Positions 18,460 to 27,965 of a DNA stretch of 32,000 nt are shown here, in pieces. Location: positions 870,001-902,000 of the forward strand of contig NZ_CP026606.1 of NCBI RefSeq assembly GCF_002945325.1, in the 5' to 3' direction. How positions within the stretch are numbered: the first letter of the stretch is position 1; each line of letters opens with the position of its first letter. The translations under genes and the position numbers were made by a program. The DNA is from Methanococcus maripaludis. Lineage in GTDB: Archaea; AGJL01; Methanococci; Methanococcales; Methanococcaceae. The notes under the pieces were generated by a model. It was not told where the DNA came from, did not search any database, and saw only the letters and a list, made by a program, of their open reading frames with translations.

Positions 18460-19305
18460 TTATAATTTTATTTTTCTTTTCGCTTTTCTATCAGCCCAGC
18501 ACTGGATACATATTCCAACAGGAAGAGATGCAGTATGGCATCCATTTACCTCGATAAATACATCTAAAGCAGTTATCTTACCGCCGAGTCCCATTGCACC
18601 AATTCCAAGCTGATTTATACTATCCAACAGCTCTTTTTCCAGATTTTCAATTGTTTTTTCAGGATTTCTGTTTCCAATATCTCTTAAAAGAGCTTTTTTA
18701 GCAAGTTTCAATGAAATGTCTGCAGTTCCACCTATTCCTATACCCAATACTATTGGAGGACACGGTTTACCGCCCGCATTTACAACTGTTTCAAGGATAA
18801 ATTTTTTTATTCCCTTTAAACCTTCAGAAGGAGTCAGCATCTTTAAAGCACTCATGTTTTCGCTTCCTGCCCCTTTTGGAAACACAGATATTTCGATTTC
18901 ATTGTTCAAACTTTCGCTAAATTCAAAATTTATAAAAGGTGCACCCATTCCGGTATTCGTGCCTAAATTTTCCCGAGTAATTGGGTTTACAACGTTTGGC
19001 CTCAATGGAACTTCTGCGGTTGCCCGTTTTACGCCTTTTTCAATCTCTTTAATTATTTCAATTATTTTTTCACTTGATATTCCTTTTCCAATTTTTAAAA
19101 AAATAACCGGAACTCCCGTATCCTGACAGAGGGGGATTTGTTTAGTTTCCGCAATTTTATTGTTTAATTCGATTGCTTGGAGCGTATCCTTACATGCACC
19201 ACACTCTACTTCTTCAGCGTGTTTTAATTTAGACTTAACGTCGTCTGGAAGATAAATTGAGGCTTCTTTAAATAATTCAACAACAATTTCTGAAATATTG
19301 CTCAT
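18460..19305 (-). CDS. fumA: Class I (Fe-S) fumarate hydratase / tartrate dehydratase alpha-type subunit
   Basis: Fe-S hydro-lyase alpha-domain features: PLCQDTGVPVIF and the C-terminal CHTASLPVGICIQC. 281 aa. The beta subunit is not in this window. Confidence 0.85.
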   Translation of the reverse strand: MSNISEIVVELFKEASIYLPDDVKSKLKHAEEVECGACKDTLQAIELNNKIAETKQIPLCQDTGVPVIFLKIGKGISSEKIIEIIKEIEKGVKRATAEVPLRPNVVNPITRENLGTNTGMGAPFINFEFSESLNNEIEISVFPKGAGSENMSALKMLTPSEGLKGIKKFILETVVNAGGKPCPPIVLGIGIGGTADISLKLAKKALLRDIGNRNPEKTIENLEKELLDSINQLGIGAMGLGGKITALDVFIEVNGCHTASLPVGICIQCWADRKAKRKIKL

Positions 19306-19320
19306 AAAAACACCGGTAAA

Positions 19321-19995
19321 TTATATCCTTTTTAAAATTTCTAAGGGATTTGTTTTTAATGAATTTTCAAGTTCTCTAAATGACATTCCTGCACCAAGTC
19401 CCACTTTTCTTGCAAATTCGTAAGTTATAAGATCACTTGGAGCGTGTGTATCAGTATTTATCACCATTGGAATTTTTAATTCCCTTGCAACAGATACCAC
19501 GTGGCCGTTTGTAAGTGAGTGGCCTTTTCTGGAGGTTATCTCAAAAAATATGTTATTTTCAAGAGCATTTTGTGCAGTTTCAATATCAATTAGTCCAGGG
19601 TGTGCTAAAATATCAACATCTTCTGAAATTGATGCATAATAATTTGTTTTTTCAGCCACAGGCTCAACTGGAGTTTCCCCGTGAACTACAACAATTTCTG
19701 CACCCCCATCTTTACATTTTTTAGCCATTTTTGGAATTGATTTTGGGGGAATATGCGTTAATTCAACGCCCACAACAATCTCAATATCATCCATGTAGTT
19801 TGATAATTCTTGTTTTGCTAAAGTATTTTTTTCGATTAATTCCTTGTAATTACTTGCATCTGCATGATCCGTTATCCCTACTGCCCTATGTTCCAATACA
19901 GACGCCCTTCGTATGAGTTCTGAAGGAATAAGTTCTCCATCACTAAATACCGTGTGAGTGTGAAAGTCGTACCTCAAATTATCACCAAAGCCCAA
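19321..19995 (-). CDS. PHP-domain metal-dependent phosphoesterase
   Basis: YDFHTHTVFSDGE and later His/Asp motifs (ITDHAD, HGE, DTHAP). The likely true start is TTG 19977 (MRYDFHTHT), 4 nt after GGTGA. Confidence 0.8.
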   Translation of the reverse strand: MGFGDNLRYDFHTHTVFSDGELIPSELIRRASVLEHRAVGITDHADASNYKELIEKNTLAKQELSNYMDDIEIVVGVELTHIPPKSIPKMAKKCKDGGAEIVVVHGETPVEPVAEKTNYYASISEDVDILAHPGLIDIETAQNALENNIFFEITSRKGHSLTNGHVVSVARELKIPMVINTDTHAPSDLITYEFARKVGLGAGMSFRELENSLKTNPLEILKRI

Positions 19996-20054
19996 ATTTA
20001 TAATGTATCCAATTATAACTAATATTAAATAAATAATTTCTATGTGGAGAAAAT

Positions 20055-20624
20055 ATGGTGGAAGAAAGAATAATAAACTTGTCTCATGAAATTAAGAATT
20101 TTGTATATCCCAATGACCCGGAATTTAGCGTGAAAACTAAAAAAAATGGCAAATACTCGGTTTCAGAAATAAAAATGGGCGTTCATACCGGAACACACAT
20201 TGATTACCCGATGCATGTTGGACTTACAAATGAAAAATTTGAAAATGTTTTTGGAAACGGCTACTGTATTTCATTTAAAAATATGAATGATTTTTTTAAA
20301 AATGCACCTAAAAATTTAGAAATCCTGCTCATAAACACAGGTTTTTCAAAATACTGGGGAGATACAACATATTTTGAAAAAGAGTGCGACATTGAAAACC
20401 ACGTTGAAAAACTAATTTCTATGAATTTAAAAGCTGTTGGAATAGACTGCTACTCCATTGGAAACTTTTCAATCCATGAAAAACTTTTATCTTCAAAAAT
20501 TAAAATAATTGAAAATATGAAAAACCTTGAAATTTTGGAAAACAAAACTTTCAGATTCATTGGATTCCCGCTAAATATTGAAAAAATTGATGGATCTCCA
20601 ATTAATGCAGTTGCATTTCTCTAA
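20055..20624 (+). CDS. Putative cyclase / arylformamidase-family protein
   Basis: HTGTHIDYPMH matches the HxGTHxDxPxH metal motif of the cyclase/kynurenine formamidase family. Confidence 0.8.
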   Translation: MVEERIINLSHEIKNFVYPNDPEFSVKTKKNGKYSVSEIKMGVHTGTHIDYPMHVGLTNEKFENVFGNGYCISFKNMNDFFKNAPKNLEILLINTGFSKYWGDTTYFEKECDIENHVEKLISMNLKAVGIDCYSIGNFSIHEKLLSSKIKIIENMKNLEILENKTFRFIGFPLNIEKIDGSPINAVAFL

Positions 20625-20825
20625 AAATACTTTTTTTAATTTATTTTTCAATTTTTCAAAAATTATTATATTGATATTTGATTTTTTAATAGCAATATTT
20701 ATTTTGCATAGTACATCATAGTATTTATTGCTAAAAAAATAATTTTTATGTATGTATAAAATATTAATAACAAATACGTTAATGTGAAACACATGAAAAA
20801 TTTTATTAATATATTTATATTTAAC

Positions 20826-20849
20826 TCATTAGATTAAATAATCTAATGA
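20826..20849. promoter_or_regulatory. Perfect 24-bp palindrome (11-bp arms, 2-bp spacer) just upstream of the hmd TATA box
   Basis: TCATTAGATTA-AA-TAATCTAATGA. It is immediately followed by CTAATA (20850-55) / TATTAG (20866-71), which brackets the TATA box. That makes four CTAAT/ATTAG half-sites in 46 bp. Confidence 0.45.
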
Positions 20850-20855
20850 CTAATA

Positions 20856-20863
20856 TTTATATA
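20856..20863 (+). promoter_or_regulatory. Consensus archaeal TATA box TTTATATA for hmd
   Basis: Exact TTTATATA 67 nt upstream of the hmd ATG. A second TATA-like TTTTATAT lies at 20883-20890. Confidence 0.45.
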
Positions 20864-20929
20864 GGTATTAGCACTTAATAGCTTTTATATTACCTAGATT
20901 AATCTATAGTAAATACTGAGGTGTAAGAT

Positions 20930-21994
20930 ATGAAAGTGGCAATATTAGGTGCAGGATGTTACAGAACACACGCGGCATCTGGAATTACAAACTTTTCAAG
21001 AGCTTCGCAAGTTGCAAAAGAAGCAGGAATCCCAGAAATTGCAATGACCCACTCAACAATCACAATGGGTGCAGAATTATTACACTTAATCCCAGAAATT
21101 ACAGAAGTTGTTGTTTCAGACCCTTGCTTTGCTGAAGAGCCAGGAATTGTAGTACTCGACCAGTTCGACTACAAAGCAGTTATGGAAGCACACTTAGCAG
21201 GAGATGCAGAAAAAGTAATGCCTGAAATCAGAGAAGCTGTAAAGGCTAAAGCTAAAGAAACACCTAAACCACCTAAAGGATGTATCCACTTCGTACACCC
21301 TGAAACAGTAGGTTTAAAAGTAACTGCAAGCGATGTTGAAGCAGTTAAAGATGCTGACATTGTAATTACATGGTTACCAAAAGGTGGCAGCCAGCCAGCA
21401 ATAATTGAAAAATTCGCAGGCGAAATTAAAAAAGGTGCAATTGTAACACACGCTTGTACAATTCCAACACCAAAATTCGCAAAAATCTTCAAAGACTTAG
21501 GAAGAGACGACTTAAACATTATTGCATACCACCCAGGAGCAGTTCCTGAAATGAAAGGACAAGCATTCCTTTCAGAAGGTTTAGCTGATGCAGAAAAAGT
21601 AGAAGAATTCTACTGTATGGCAAAAACTGCAAGAGGAGAAGCATTCAAAATGCCTGCAAACTTAATCAGCCCCGTATGTGACATGGGTTCAGCAGTTACT
21701 GCACCAGTTTACGCTGCTATCTTAGCTTACAGAGACGCAGTAACCCAGATCTTAGGTGCTCCTGCAGACTTCGCTCAAATGATGGCTGATGAGGCAATCT
21801 CACAGATTTTAGATTTAATGAGAAACGAAGGCATTAAAAACATGGAAGACAAATTAAATCCTAAAGCATTAACCGGTACTGCAGACAGCATGTGCTTTGG
21901 TCCTTTAGCAGATATTCTTCCTGCATCATTAAAAGTTCTTGAAAAACACGCAAACGAAAACAAATGCGAATGCGGCTGTTCAATAAAACCTTAA
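20930..21994 (+). CDS. hmd: H2-forming methylene-tetrahydromethanopterin dehydrogenase, [Fe]-hydrogenase Hmd
   Basis: MKVAILGAGCYRTHAASGITNF, ITWLPKG, and THACTIPT (the cofactor-ligating Cys context). Strong GAGGTG RBS. Confidence 0.95.
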   Translation: MKVAILGAGCYRTHAASGITNFSRASQVAKEAGIPEIAMTHSTITMGAELLHLIPEITEVVVSDPCFAEEPGIVVLDQFDYKAVMEAHLAGDAEKVMPEIREAVKAKAKETPKPPKGCIHFVHPETVGLKVTASDVEAVKDADIVITWLPKGGSQPAIIEKFAGEIKKGAIVTHACTIPTPKFAKIFKDLGRDDLNIIAYHPGAVPEMKGQAFLSEGLADAEKVEEFYCMAKTARGEAFKMPANLISPVCDMGSAVTAPVYAAILAYRDAVTQILGAPADFAQMMADEAISQILDLMRNEGIKNMEDKLNPKALTGTADSMCFGPLADILPASLKVLEKHANENKCECGCSIKP

Positions 21995-22010
21995 GTATTA
22001 CTAAAACCTA

Positions 22011-22026
22011 TTTCTTTTTTAATTTT
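22011..22026 (+). terminator. T-rich tract between hmd and hcgA (possible partial terminator)
   Basis: TTTCTTTTTTAATTTT lies 17 nt after the hmd stop and 28 nt before hcgA. Confidence 0.3.
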
Positions 22027-22053
22027 CAGCGTAATTTACAATCCGGTGGTTTA

Positions 22054-23079
22054 ATGATATTTTCAAAAATAAGAGGCAATTTTAAGGACCTCAAAGATGG
22101 AAAAATAGATGTAAAACAGGGCATAATTACAAAATCGGATGCAATTGAATTATTTAATATTAAGAACTGGAAAGACTATTTAGAACTTTTTTCAATAGCC
22201 TCTGAAGTTAGAGACGTTTTTAAAACCGAAATTGAAATCACATCAACAGTTCACATAACTAATATCTGTTCCGTAACCCCAAAATGCAAATATTGCGGTT
22301 TTGCAGCAGGAACAAGTTCAGAAGGTTATGTAAAACCATTTAGATCTGATGACGACCAGATAAAATCGTCTTCGGTTGCAATTGAAAATTCAGGAATTAA
22401 AAGAGTCAGCTGTTCCTCAGGACACGGCTATAATGGAAAAGAAGTAATAAGGGCCCTAAAAGCAGTTAAATCAGTATCCAATTTAGAAGTTTTAGTAAAT
22501 GCAGGAGCAGACTTAACTGAAGAATGTATTTTAGAACTTAAGAAATATAACATAGATACAATATGCTGTAATCTTGAAACTACGAATAAAACCGTGTTTA
22601 AAAGTGTAAAACCAGGCGAAAATTTAGAAGATAGAATAAATGTTTGTAAAATGGTTAAAAAACACGGGGTAGAACTATCTTCCGGTCTTTTGATAGGTAT
22701 TGGGGAAACTTACGAAGATAGGGTTGAACACCTCTTCTTTTTAAAAGAACTGGATGTTGAAGAAATTCCAATAATGGGTTTTAATCCATACAAAGAAACA
22801 CCAATGGAAACCTGTCCGAAATGTTCTGCAATTGAACAGGCAAAAACTATCGCTATTGTAAGGCTCCTGTTTCCAGATATCAGAATTACCTCACCAACCC
22901 CCACAATGGGTCCAGAATTAGCCCAATTCGCACTTTTAGGGGGTGCAAGTAACATTGCCACAGTAATTCCTGACAACCACCCGATGAACATTAAAGGAGT
23001 AGGGAATCCAAAAACCGGGAACCTCAACGACGTTATATGCATGATAAAAGAACTTGGATTAACCCCAAAACTAAATTAA
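22054..23079 (+). CDS. hcgA: Radical-SAM-like FeGP-cofactor biosynthesis protein HcgA
   Basis: BioB/HydE-like sequence with the atypical CX5CX2C motif CSVTPKCKYC (22267-22296). It lies directly downstream of hmd. The true start is ATG 22054 after GGTGGT. Confidence 0.88.
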   Translation: MIFSKIRGNFKDLKDGKIDVKQGIITKSDAIELFNIKNWKDYLELFSIASEVRDVFKTEIEITSTVHITNICSVTPKCKYCGFAAGTSSEGYVKPFRSDDDQIKSSSVAIENSGIKRVSCSSGHGYNGKEVIRALKAVKSVSNLEVLVNAGADLTEECILELKKYNIDTICCNLETTNKTVFKSVKPGENLEDRINVCKMVKKHGVELSSGLLIGIGETYEDRVEHLFFLKELDVEEIPIMGFNPYKETPMETCPKCSAIEQAKTIAIVRLLFPDIRITSPTPTMGPELAQFALLGGASNIATVIPDNHPMNIKGVGNPKTGNLNDVICMIKELGLTPKLN

Positions 23080-23107
23080 CTGCCATATCTGCAAATAAGG
23101 TGAAATT

Positions 23108-24640
23108 ATGAAAGAACTCATAAAAAATTCATTAAACGATTTAGATTCTGCAATGGAACTTCGTGAACTTGTTATTAATAAAATTAACAATCAAAAATTG
23201 ACAGAATCGGATATTATCGAAATTGTAGATACTGTTGATGATTTGAGTTTTGAAGAAACACAAAAATTGGGAAGCATTTTTCGAAGATTCCCATTAGGTT
23301 GCGATTTATTAGAAATTGGGGTTGGACCCTGCTCTTCATCGTTAACACTTCCACAATTTATCGAGAACTGTGTTTTTACAGACCATGTGGGTTTTCCAAT
23401 ACACCTTTGCGGATATGCTCTTGCAGATATTGCAGAAAAAGAAGGAATGAGTCCAATCGCAGTTATGAATGAAGTTTATAATAACGTTGAAGTTCCACTA
23501 GACCTCGACCATTTTGGAAGATTTGGCCCAATGAGATTTCCAAAAGAAATATCCCACTGTATGGGCGATTGCTACTACAACGGCCCGCCATACAAAGGTT
23601 GTCCTAGAGACAGAATTCACAAAAGACTCATTACAAAAGAAAGAGAGTATTCTAATGAGTTTGGAGACTGGATAAAAAAATCAGCAACGGTCTGCGTAAA
23701 CGTTGTTGAGGAACAAGGTGGGGGAGACCACGGTGCAGATATTTCGGAAATGGAAGATGTTGCAAAAGCCGCTCAAAAATTTGGCAGAGGGGTTGAAGGA
23801 ATATTCCACATAGGGGACGGTTACGAAGATTTGATAACTGGACTAAAAGCCTGCAACGATTTGGATGTTGACGTACTTGTAATTGAAGGAGGTCCTTTTA
23901 ACAGGTCCAAAGACAGACTTAAAGATTTTGCAAAATCTGTCGCTGTTTCAAGAATCCTTGTTAAAGGAGGAGTTGTTGCAACAAACGGCGCGTATGAAGA
24001 TGAATGCAGAGTTGGACTTAGAAGCGGATTAAACGTAATACTATCAGGATTTAGTGGTAACCACCACGGATATATGTGTGGATACAATATTAAAGAAGCA
24101 CGACGGAATAATTTTGGACTTCCAAGAGTTTTAAAAATAATGAAGGAAGAAGCTGAAAAAATTAACATCTGCATTGCAAACAGGGAACTTTTAAAAGTGC
24201 TTGCAAGAAGCAGCAGATTTTTAAACCATAAAGAAAATCATCTTGTATATCCTTCAATGATTGGAGATTACTTCATAGGTGATGCCCACTGGGTTTCAAT
24301 TACTAACAGCAAAATGTACAATGCGCCATACTTTGGAAAAACGCTTGATTCTCTTGAAGAAGAGTTAAATTGCGATAAAGTCGGCGTTCTTGGTGGAAGA
24401 TATATCTCATGGGGTATTGCAAATGCGCTTAAACCTGAAGAACTATATGTAAGCGATGTTGACCCATGGGTTGAACATGCAACCGTCAAAATCTTAAATG
24501 ATAATGGAATAAATGCATATGCTTGCAATGGAACCGATAAAAAGGCTCTTGAAAGTGCGGATAAAACAGTCATTACTACAATGATTCCCGAAATCGTTTT
24601 AAGAATAAAAAATAAATTTGATGCTGTATCATTACTTTAA
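23108..24640 (+). CDS. hcgG: hmd co-occurring protein HcgG (FeGP cofactor biosynthesis; biochemical role unresolved to my knowledge)
   Basis: A 510-aa protein in the hmd-hcgA-hcgG arrangement described for Methanococcales. The assignment rests mainly on synteny and size. Confidence 0.72.
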   Translation: MKELIKNSLNDLDSAMELRELVINKINNQKLTESDIIEIVDTVDDLSFEETQKLGSIFRRFPLGCDLLEIGVGPCSSSLTLPQFIENCVFTDHVGFPIHLCGYALADIAEKEGMSPIAVMNEVYNNVEVPLDLDHFGRFGPMRFPKEISHCMGDCYYNGPPYKGCPRDRIHKRLITKEREYSNEFGDWIKKSATVCVNVVEEQGGGDHGADISEMEDVAKAAQKFGRGVEGIFHIGDGYEDLITGLKACNDLDVDVLVIEGGPFNRSKDRLKDFAKSVAVSRILVKGGVVATNGAYEDECRVGLRSGLNVILSGFSGNHHGYMCGYNIKEARRNNFGLPRVLKIMKEEAEKINICIANRELLKVLARSSRFLNHKENHLVYPSMIGDYFIGDAHWVSITNSKMYNAPYFGKTLDSLEEELNCDKVGVLGGRYISWGIANALKPEELYVSDVDPWVEHATVKILNDNGINAYACNGTDKKALESADKTVITTMIPEIVLRIKNKFDAVSLL

Positions 24641-24641
24641 A

Positions 24642-24670
24642 CCTGCCAAAAAGAGGCAGGCGCTTCTTTT
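24642..24670 (+). terminator. GC-rich hairpin plus short T-tract after hcgG
   Basis: CCTGCC-AAAAAGA-GGCAGG (24642-24660) followed by CGCTTCTTTT. It starts 2 nt after the hcgG stop. Confidence 0.35.
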
Positions 24671-24680
24671 GGTGGTTAAA

Positions 24681-25355
24681 ATGAACTGGAAAGGACATAT
24701 TACTCTTGGAATATTAATGGGGCTCCCATTTATTTCTTCCCCTGAACAGATTTTTTTATTAGTTGCAGGAGCACTCTATCCTGACTTAGATCACGACGTA
24801 AAATCAGAAATAGTTCAGAGAGGGCTTTATATATCGGGGGGCCTTATTTTGGTTTCTATTTTGGCATACCTATTTCGACCAGAATACTTCAATACTGGTT
24901 TTTTTATAGCTGCTATTTTAAGCGGTGTGATTTATATTACGCCATATTATGCCGAACACAGAGGGATTACGCATACTTTTTTAAGTTTAGGCGTTATGTC
25001 AATTATTTTAGGTTATTTAACGTTTAAATTATCGATAATTTCCCCAATAATGGCTTCACTGATCGCTTTAATAATGGTTACAAACAATAAGCTTCTCGGG
25101 AAAAGTGTCGCAATTTCGGTTTTTGCATGGGTTTTGTACAATATGATTTCAACGTCTTTTACGACATTTCAGGGGTTGGAATTTTACATAATTCCAATCG
25201 CTATTGGTTATTTGTCACATCTCGTCGGTGATTGCATGACTCCGATGGGGTGCAGAACACTTTATCCATTAAATTATACATTTCATAAAAAAGAAGGTTA
25301 TTTTGCAATAGCAATCTGGGTACTTTTAGTGTTTTACGTTATAAAACTCGCATAA
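24681..25355 (+). CDS. Membrane-bound metal-dependent hydrolase (YdjM/DUF457-like)
   Basis: NWKGHITLG and YPDLDH motifs, with 5-6 predicted hydrophobic helices. ATG 24681 follows GGTGGT. Confidence 0.75.
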   Translation: MNWKGHITLGILMGLPFISSPEQIFLLVAGALYPDLDHDVKSEIVQRGLYISGGLILVSILAYLFRPEYFNTGFFIAAILSGVIYITPYYAEHRGITHTFLSLGVMSIILGYLTFKLSIISPIMASLIALIMVTNNKLLGKSVAISVFAWVLYNMISTSFTTFQGLEFYIIPIAIGYLSHLVGDCMTPMGCRTLYPLNYTFHKKEGYFAIAIWVLLVFYVIKLA

Positions 25356-25373
25356 CAACTGAAAATAAAAAAA

Positions 25374-26540
25374 TTATTTAATTTTTACAAGGTGCGCTAC
25401 TTTTTCTGCATTTTCTCTTGCTTTTATTACCTCATCGGACACTGCAAGGGCGACACCCATTCTACGTCCAACTTTTGCAATAGGTTTTCCAAATAATCTT
25501 ATTTTTGCATCTTTTACTTTTGAAGCTTCGTGAATTTCATATTCTGGAGCCCATTTGAGAATTTCTGACTTTATAACGTGGCTTGCACCTGGAGAAACTA
25601 TATCAACGTTTACTGGAAGCCCCAAAATTGCCCTTGTGTGAATTTCAAACTCACTCATCTTTTGGGTTACCATTGTAACCATTCCTGTATCATGAGGTCT
25701 TGGAGATACTTCACTAAATATAACTTCGTCATCTAAAACGAAGAGCTCTACTCCGAAAATACCATATCCGCCGAGTTCATCAGTTATTTTCTTTGCCATT
25801 GCTTGAGCTTTTGCTTTTGTTGGTGCGCACATTGGATGGGGCTGCCAACTTTCGTGATAATCCCCATCAACCTGAATATGGCCTATCGGCTCACAAAACC
25901 GGGTTCCTTCTGCAGTTCTTGCAGTTAAAAGCGTAATTTCATAGTCAAACTTAATAAATTCTTCAACAATTACTTTTGTTCCGATTCCCCTTGCAGCGCT
26001 TTTTGCATAGTTCCAAGCTGTTTCGATATCACTTTCGGATTTAATCGTGCTCTGCCCTTTCCCAGATGATGACATTATTGGTTTTATGATACATGGAATT
26101 CCAATTCTTGTTACTGCTTCTTTTAATTCGTCTAAATTTTCTGCAAATTCGTATTTTGCGGTTCTTAATCCTAATTTTTCAAATGCAAGTCTCCTGATTC
26201 CTTCCCTATCCATTGTAAGTTTTGTCGCATTTGCAGTTGGAACCACGTGGTATCCTTCGCTTTCCATTTCTTTTAGAGTATCTGTGTTTATTGCTTCAAT
26301 TTCAGGAACTATTAAGTCAGGCTTTTCTTTTTCGATTACTGCCCTTAAGGCTCCAGCATCCTTCATATCAATTACGTGGAATCTATGTGCTACCTGCATT
26401 GCTGGCGCGTTTTCATAAGAATCAACTGCAATACATTCTACACCAAACCTTTGCGCTTCTATAATTACTTCTTTCCCGAGTTCCCCGCTTCCGAGAAGTA
26501 AAATTTTCTTAGCATTTGAAAAAAGAGGAGTACCAACCAT
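25374..26540 (-). CDS. purT: Formate-dependent phosphoribosylglycinamide formyltransferase (GAR transformylase 2)
   Basis: ATP-grasp enzyme with [14 protein letters not shown] and [14 protein letters not shown]. 388 aa, full-length similarity to PurT. Confidence 0.93.
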   Translation of the reverse strand: MVGTPLFSNAKKILLLGSGELGKEVIIEAQRFGVECIAVDSYENAPAMQVAHRFHVIDMKDAGALRAVIEKEKPDLIVPEIEAINTDTLKEMESEGYHVVPTANATKLTMDREGIRRLAFEKLGLRTAKYEFAENLDELKEAVTRIGIPCIIKPIMSSSGKGQSTIKSESDIETAWNYAKSAARGIGTKVIVEEFIKFDYEITLLTARTAEGTRFCEPIGHIQVDGDYHESWQPHPMCAPTKAKAQAMAKKITDELGGYGIFGVELFVLDDEVIFSEVSPRPHDTGMVTMVTQKMSEFEIHTRAILGLPVNVDIVSPGASHVIKSEILKWAPEYEIHEASKVKDAKIRLFGKPIAKVGRRMGVALAVSDEVIKARENAEKVAHLVKIK

Positions 26541-26720
26541 TGTTTCACCATGCGTGTTAATAAGGTTATTTTACAGTTTATAGATAAAAAATATAAATAA
26601 ATTTTGTTATAATATATAATAAGTTTAATCGTGGCTTATTTTAAATTTTAACATTGATTGATTGTTTTGAAATAAAATTAAAACTTACAAATATAATTTT
26701 GAAAGTAATTGGTGAAGTAA

Positions 26721-27632
26721 ATGCTCCAAAAAGACCCCTGTCTTGATGATATACTGGAAAATTCTGAAAAATTGGAAAATACTCCTGAAAATAAAAAAAA
26801 CATTAAAGATATAGATACGATAAAATTAAGCGATATAATCGAAAAAATGATCGAAATAAACTCGATCGTTAGAATTGAAAAGATTTTTGAAGAGAAAATT
26901 GTATCCAATAATCCTGTTGTAAACGTTGTTGTAAATGACGGATTTGCCAGAGGGCTTTTATCGTTATGGTCTGAACAGATCGATCTTTTAAACGGTTTAA
27001 ACGAAGGAGATGCAATATTAATTGAAAATGCACATGCTCCAAAAAAATATAAGGATAGAATTCATTTAGCACTCTCGAAATCAGGTAAAATCTCAAAAAT
27101 TGAGTCGGATTTGCCGGCAATTGGTGAACTTTTAAAAAAATCCAATGCTCAGCGGAATGATTTCTCAAGAAAATCTATTTCTGAATTAAAAGAAGGAATG
27201 GGTGCAGAATTAAGGGGTTTAATCGTTGCAATCCATTCAAAAGAACCATATTTTCCAGTTTGTGATAAATGCAACAAGAAAATGACCTTGAAAAAGGATT
27301 ATGCAGTCTGTAAGTGCGGAAATAAAGTCGATGAAGAAGATAAAAATTTAAAATGGCTGTTTTTATGCACTTGCACCCTTGATGACGGTTTTGGAACCAT
27401 TCGAGTTACGCTAAATAACAATACAAATTATCTCGACTTTGAAGAGCTCAAAAAAATTATTATCGATGATGAAGAAATATTAGACGTTTTAAACAATAAA
27501 TTACTTGGATTGGACATATTAACTTCAGGTTTTACAATATATGATGAATATTTAAAAGATACGGCTTTTAGGTGCAATAATTGGAACAAAATAGATATAA
27601 TGGAAGAATTTAACAAGAATTTAAAGGGATAA
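26721..27632 (+). CDS. Replication protein A large subunit-like (RPA41-type: OB folds with embedded zinc ribbon)
   Basis: Two OB-like segments. The second carries CDKCNKKMTLKKDYAVCKCGNK inside the fold, as in RPA70 DBD-C and euryarchaeal RPA41. It is the first of three tightly spaced OB-fold genes. Confidence 0.7.
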   Translation: MLQKDPCLDDILENSEKLENTPENKKNIKDIDTIKLSDIIEKMIEINSIVRIEKIFEEKIVSNNPVVNVVVNDGFARGLLSLWSEQIDLLNGLNEGDAILIENAHAPKKYKDRIHLALSKSGKISKIESDLPAIGELLKKSNAQRNDFSRKSISELKEGMGAELRGLIVAIHSKEPYFPVCDKCNKKMTLKKDYAVCKCGNKVDEEDKNLKWLFLCTCTLDDGFGTIRVTLNNNTNYLDFEELKKIIIDDEEILDVLNNKLLGLDILTSGFTIYDEYLKDTAFRCNNWNKIDIMEEFNKNLKG

Positions 27633-27635
27633 ATC

Positions 27636-27953
27636 ATGTATAACCTTCACAAAATTGGAGATATCGGACAGTCGTTAGTTGAAAGTAAAATTGCGATAAT
27701 TGGAACGGTTATTGGACTTGAAAATGATGAAAATTACGATAAATTAGAAATTGAAGATGCTTCTGGAAAAATAATTATCTCCAAAGATAAATCTGCTAAA
27801 TTATCTACGGGTTCAAGGATTTTAGCATTTGGAACTTTAAAAATCACTCCAAAAGGGCTAATTATATTTTCAGAAGCCATTGTAGATATTAGCGAGTCCT
27901 CTCCGAAATTACTTGGAAAATTTATAGAAAAAATAAAAAATTACGAGATTTAA
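27636..27953 (+). CDS. Small OB-fold protein, RPA14-like subunit
   Basis: A 105-aa single beta-rich domain (IAIIGTVIGLE...LEIEDASGKIIIS...ILAFGTL). It starts 3 nt after the upstream stop. Confidence 0.5.
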   Translation: MYNLHKIGDIGQSLVESKIAIIGTVIGLENDENYDKLEIEDASGKIIISKDKSAKLSTGSRILAFGTLKITPKGLIIFSEAIVDISESSPKLLGKFIEKIKNYEI

Positions 27954-27965
27954 CGGTGTAAATTC

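Noticed and set aside
20571-20792. A 73-aa - strand ORF in the hmd upstream spacer. Similar AT-rich ORFs occur at 11069-11326, 26678-26908 and 2439-2714.
   Set aside because: These are extremely low-complexity I/N/K/F-rich translations of AT-rich intergenic DNA or overlaps with real genes. They have no RBS and no recognisable domain.
20782-20794. ATGTG-AAA-CACAT upstream of hmd resembles ATGTGC-N7-GCACAT at 11035-11053.
   Set aside because: The shared half-site is only 5 bp, too short to distinguish from chance in this composition.
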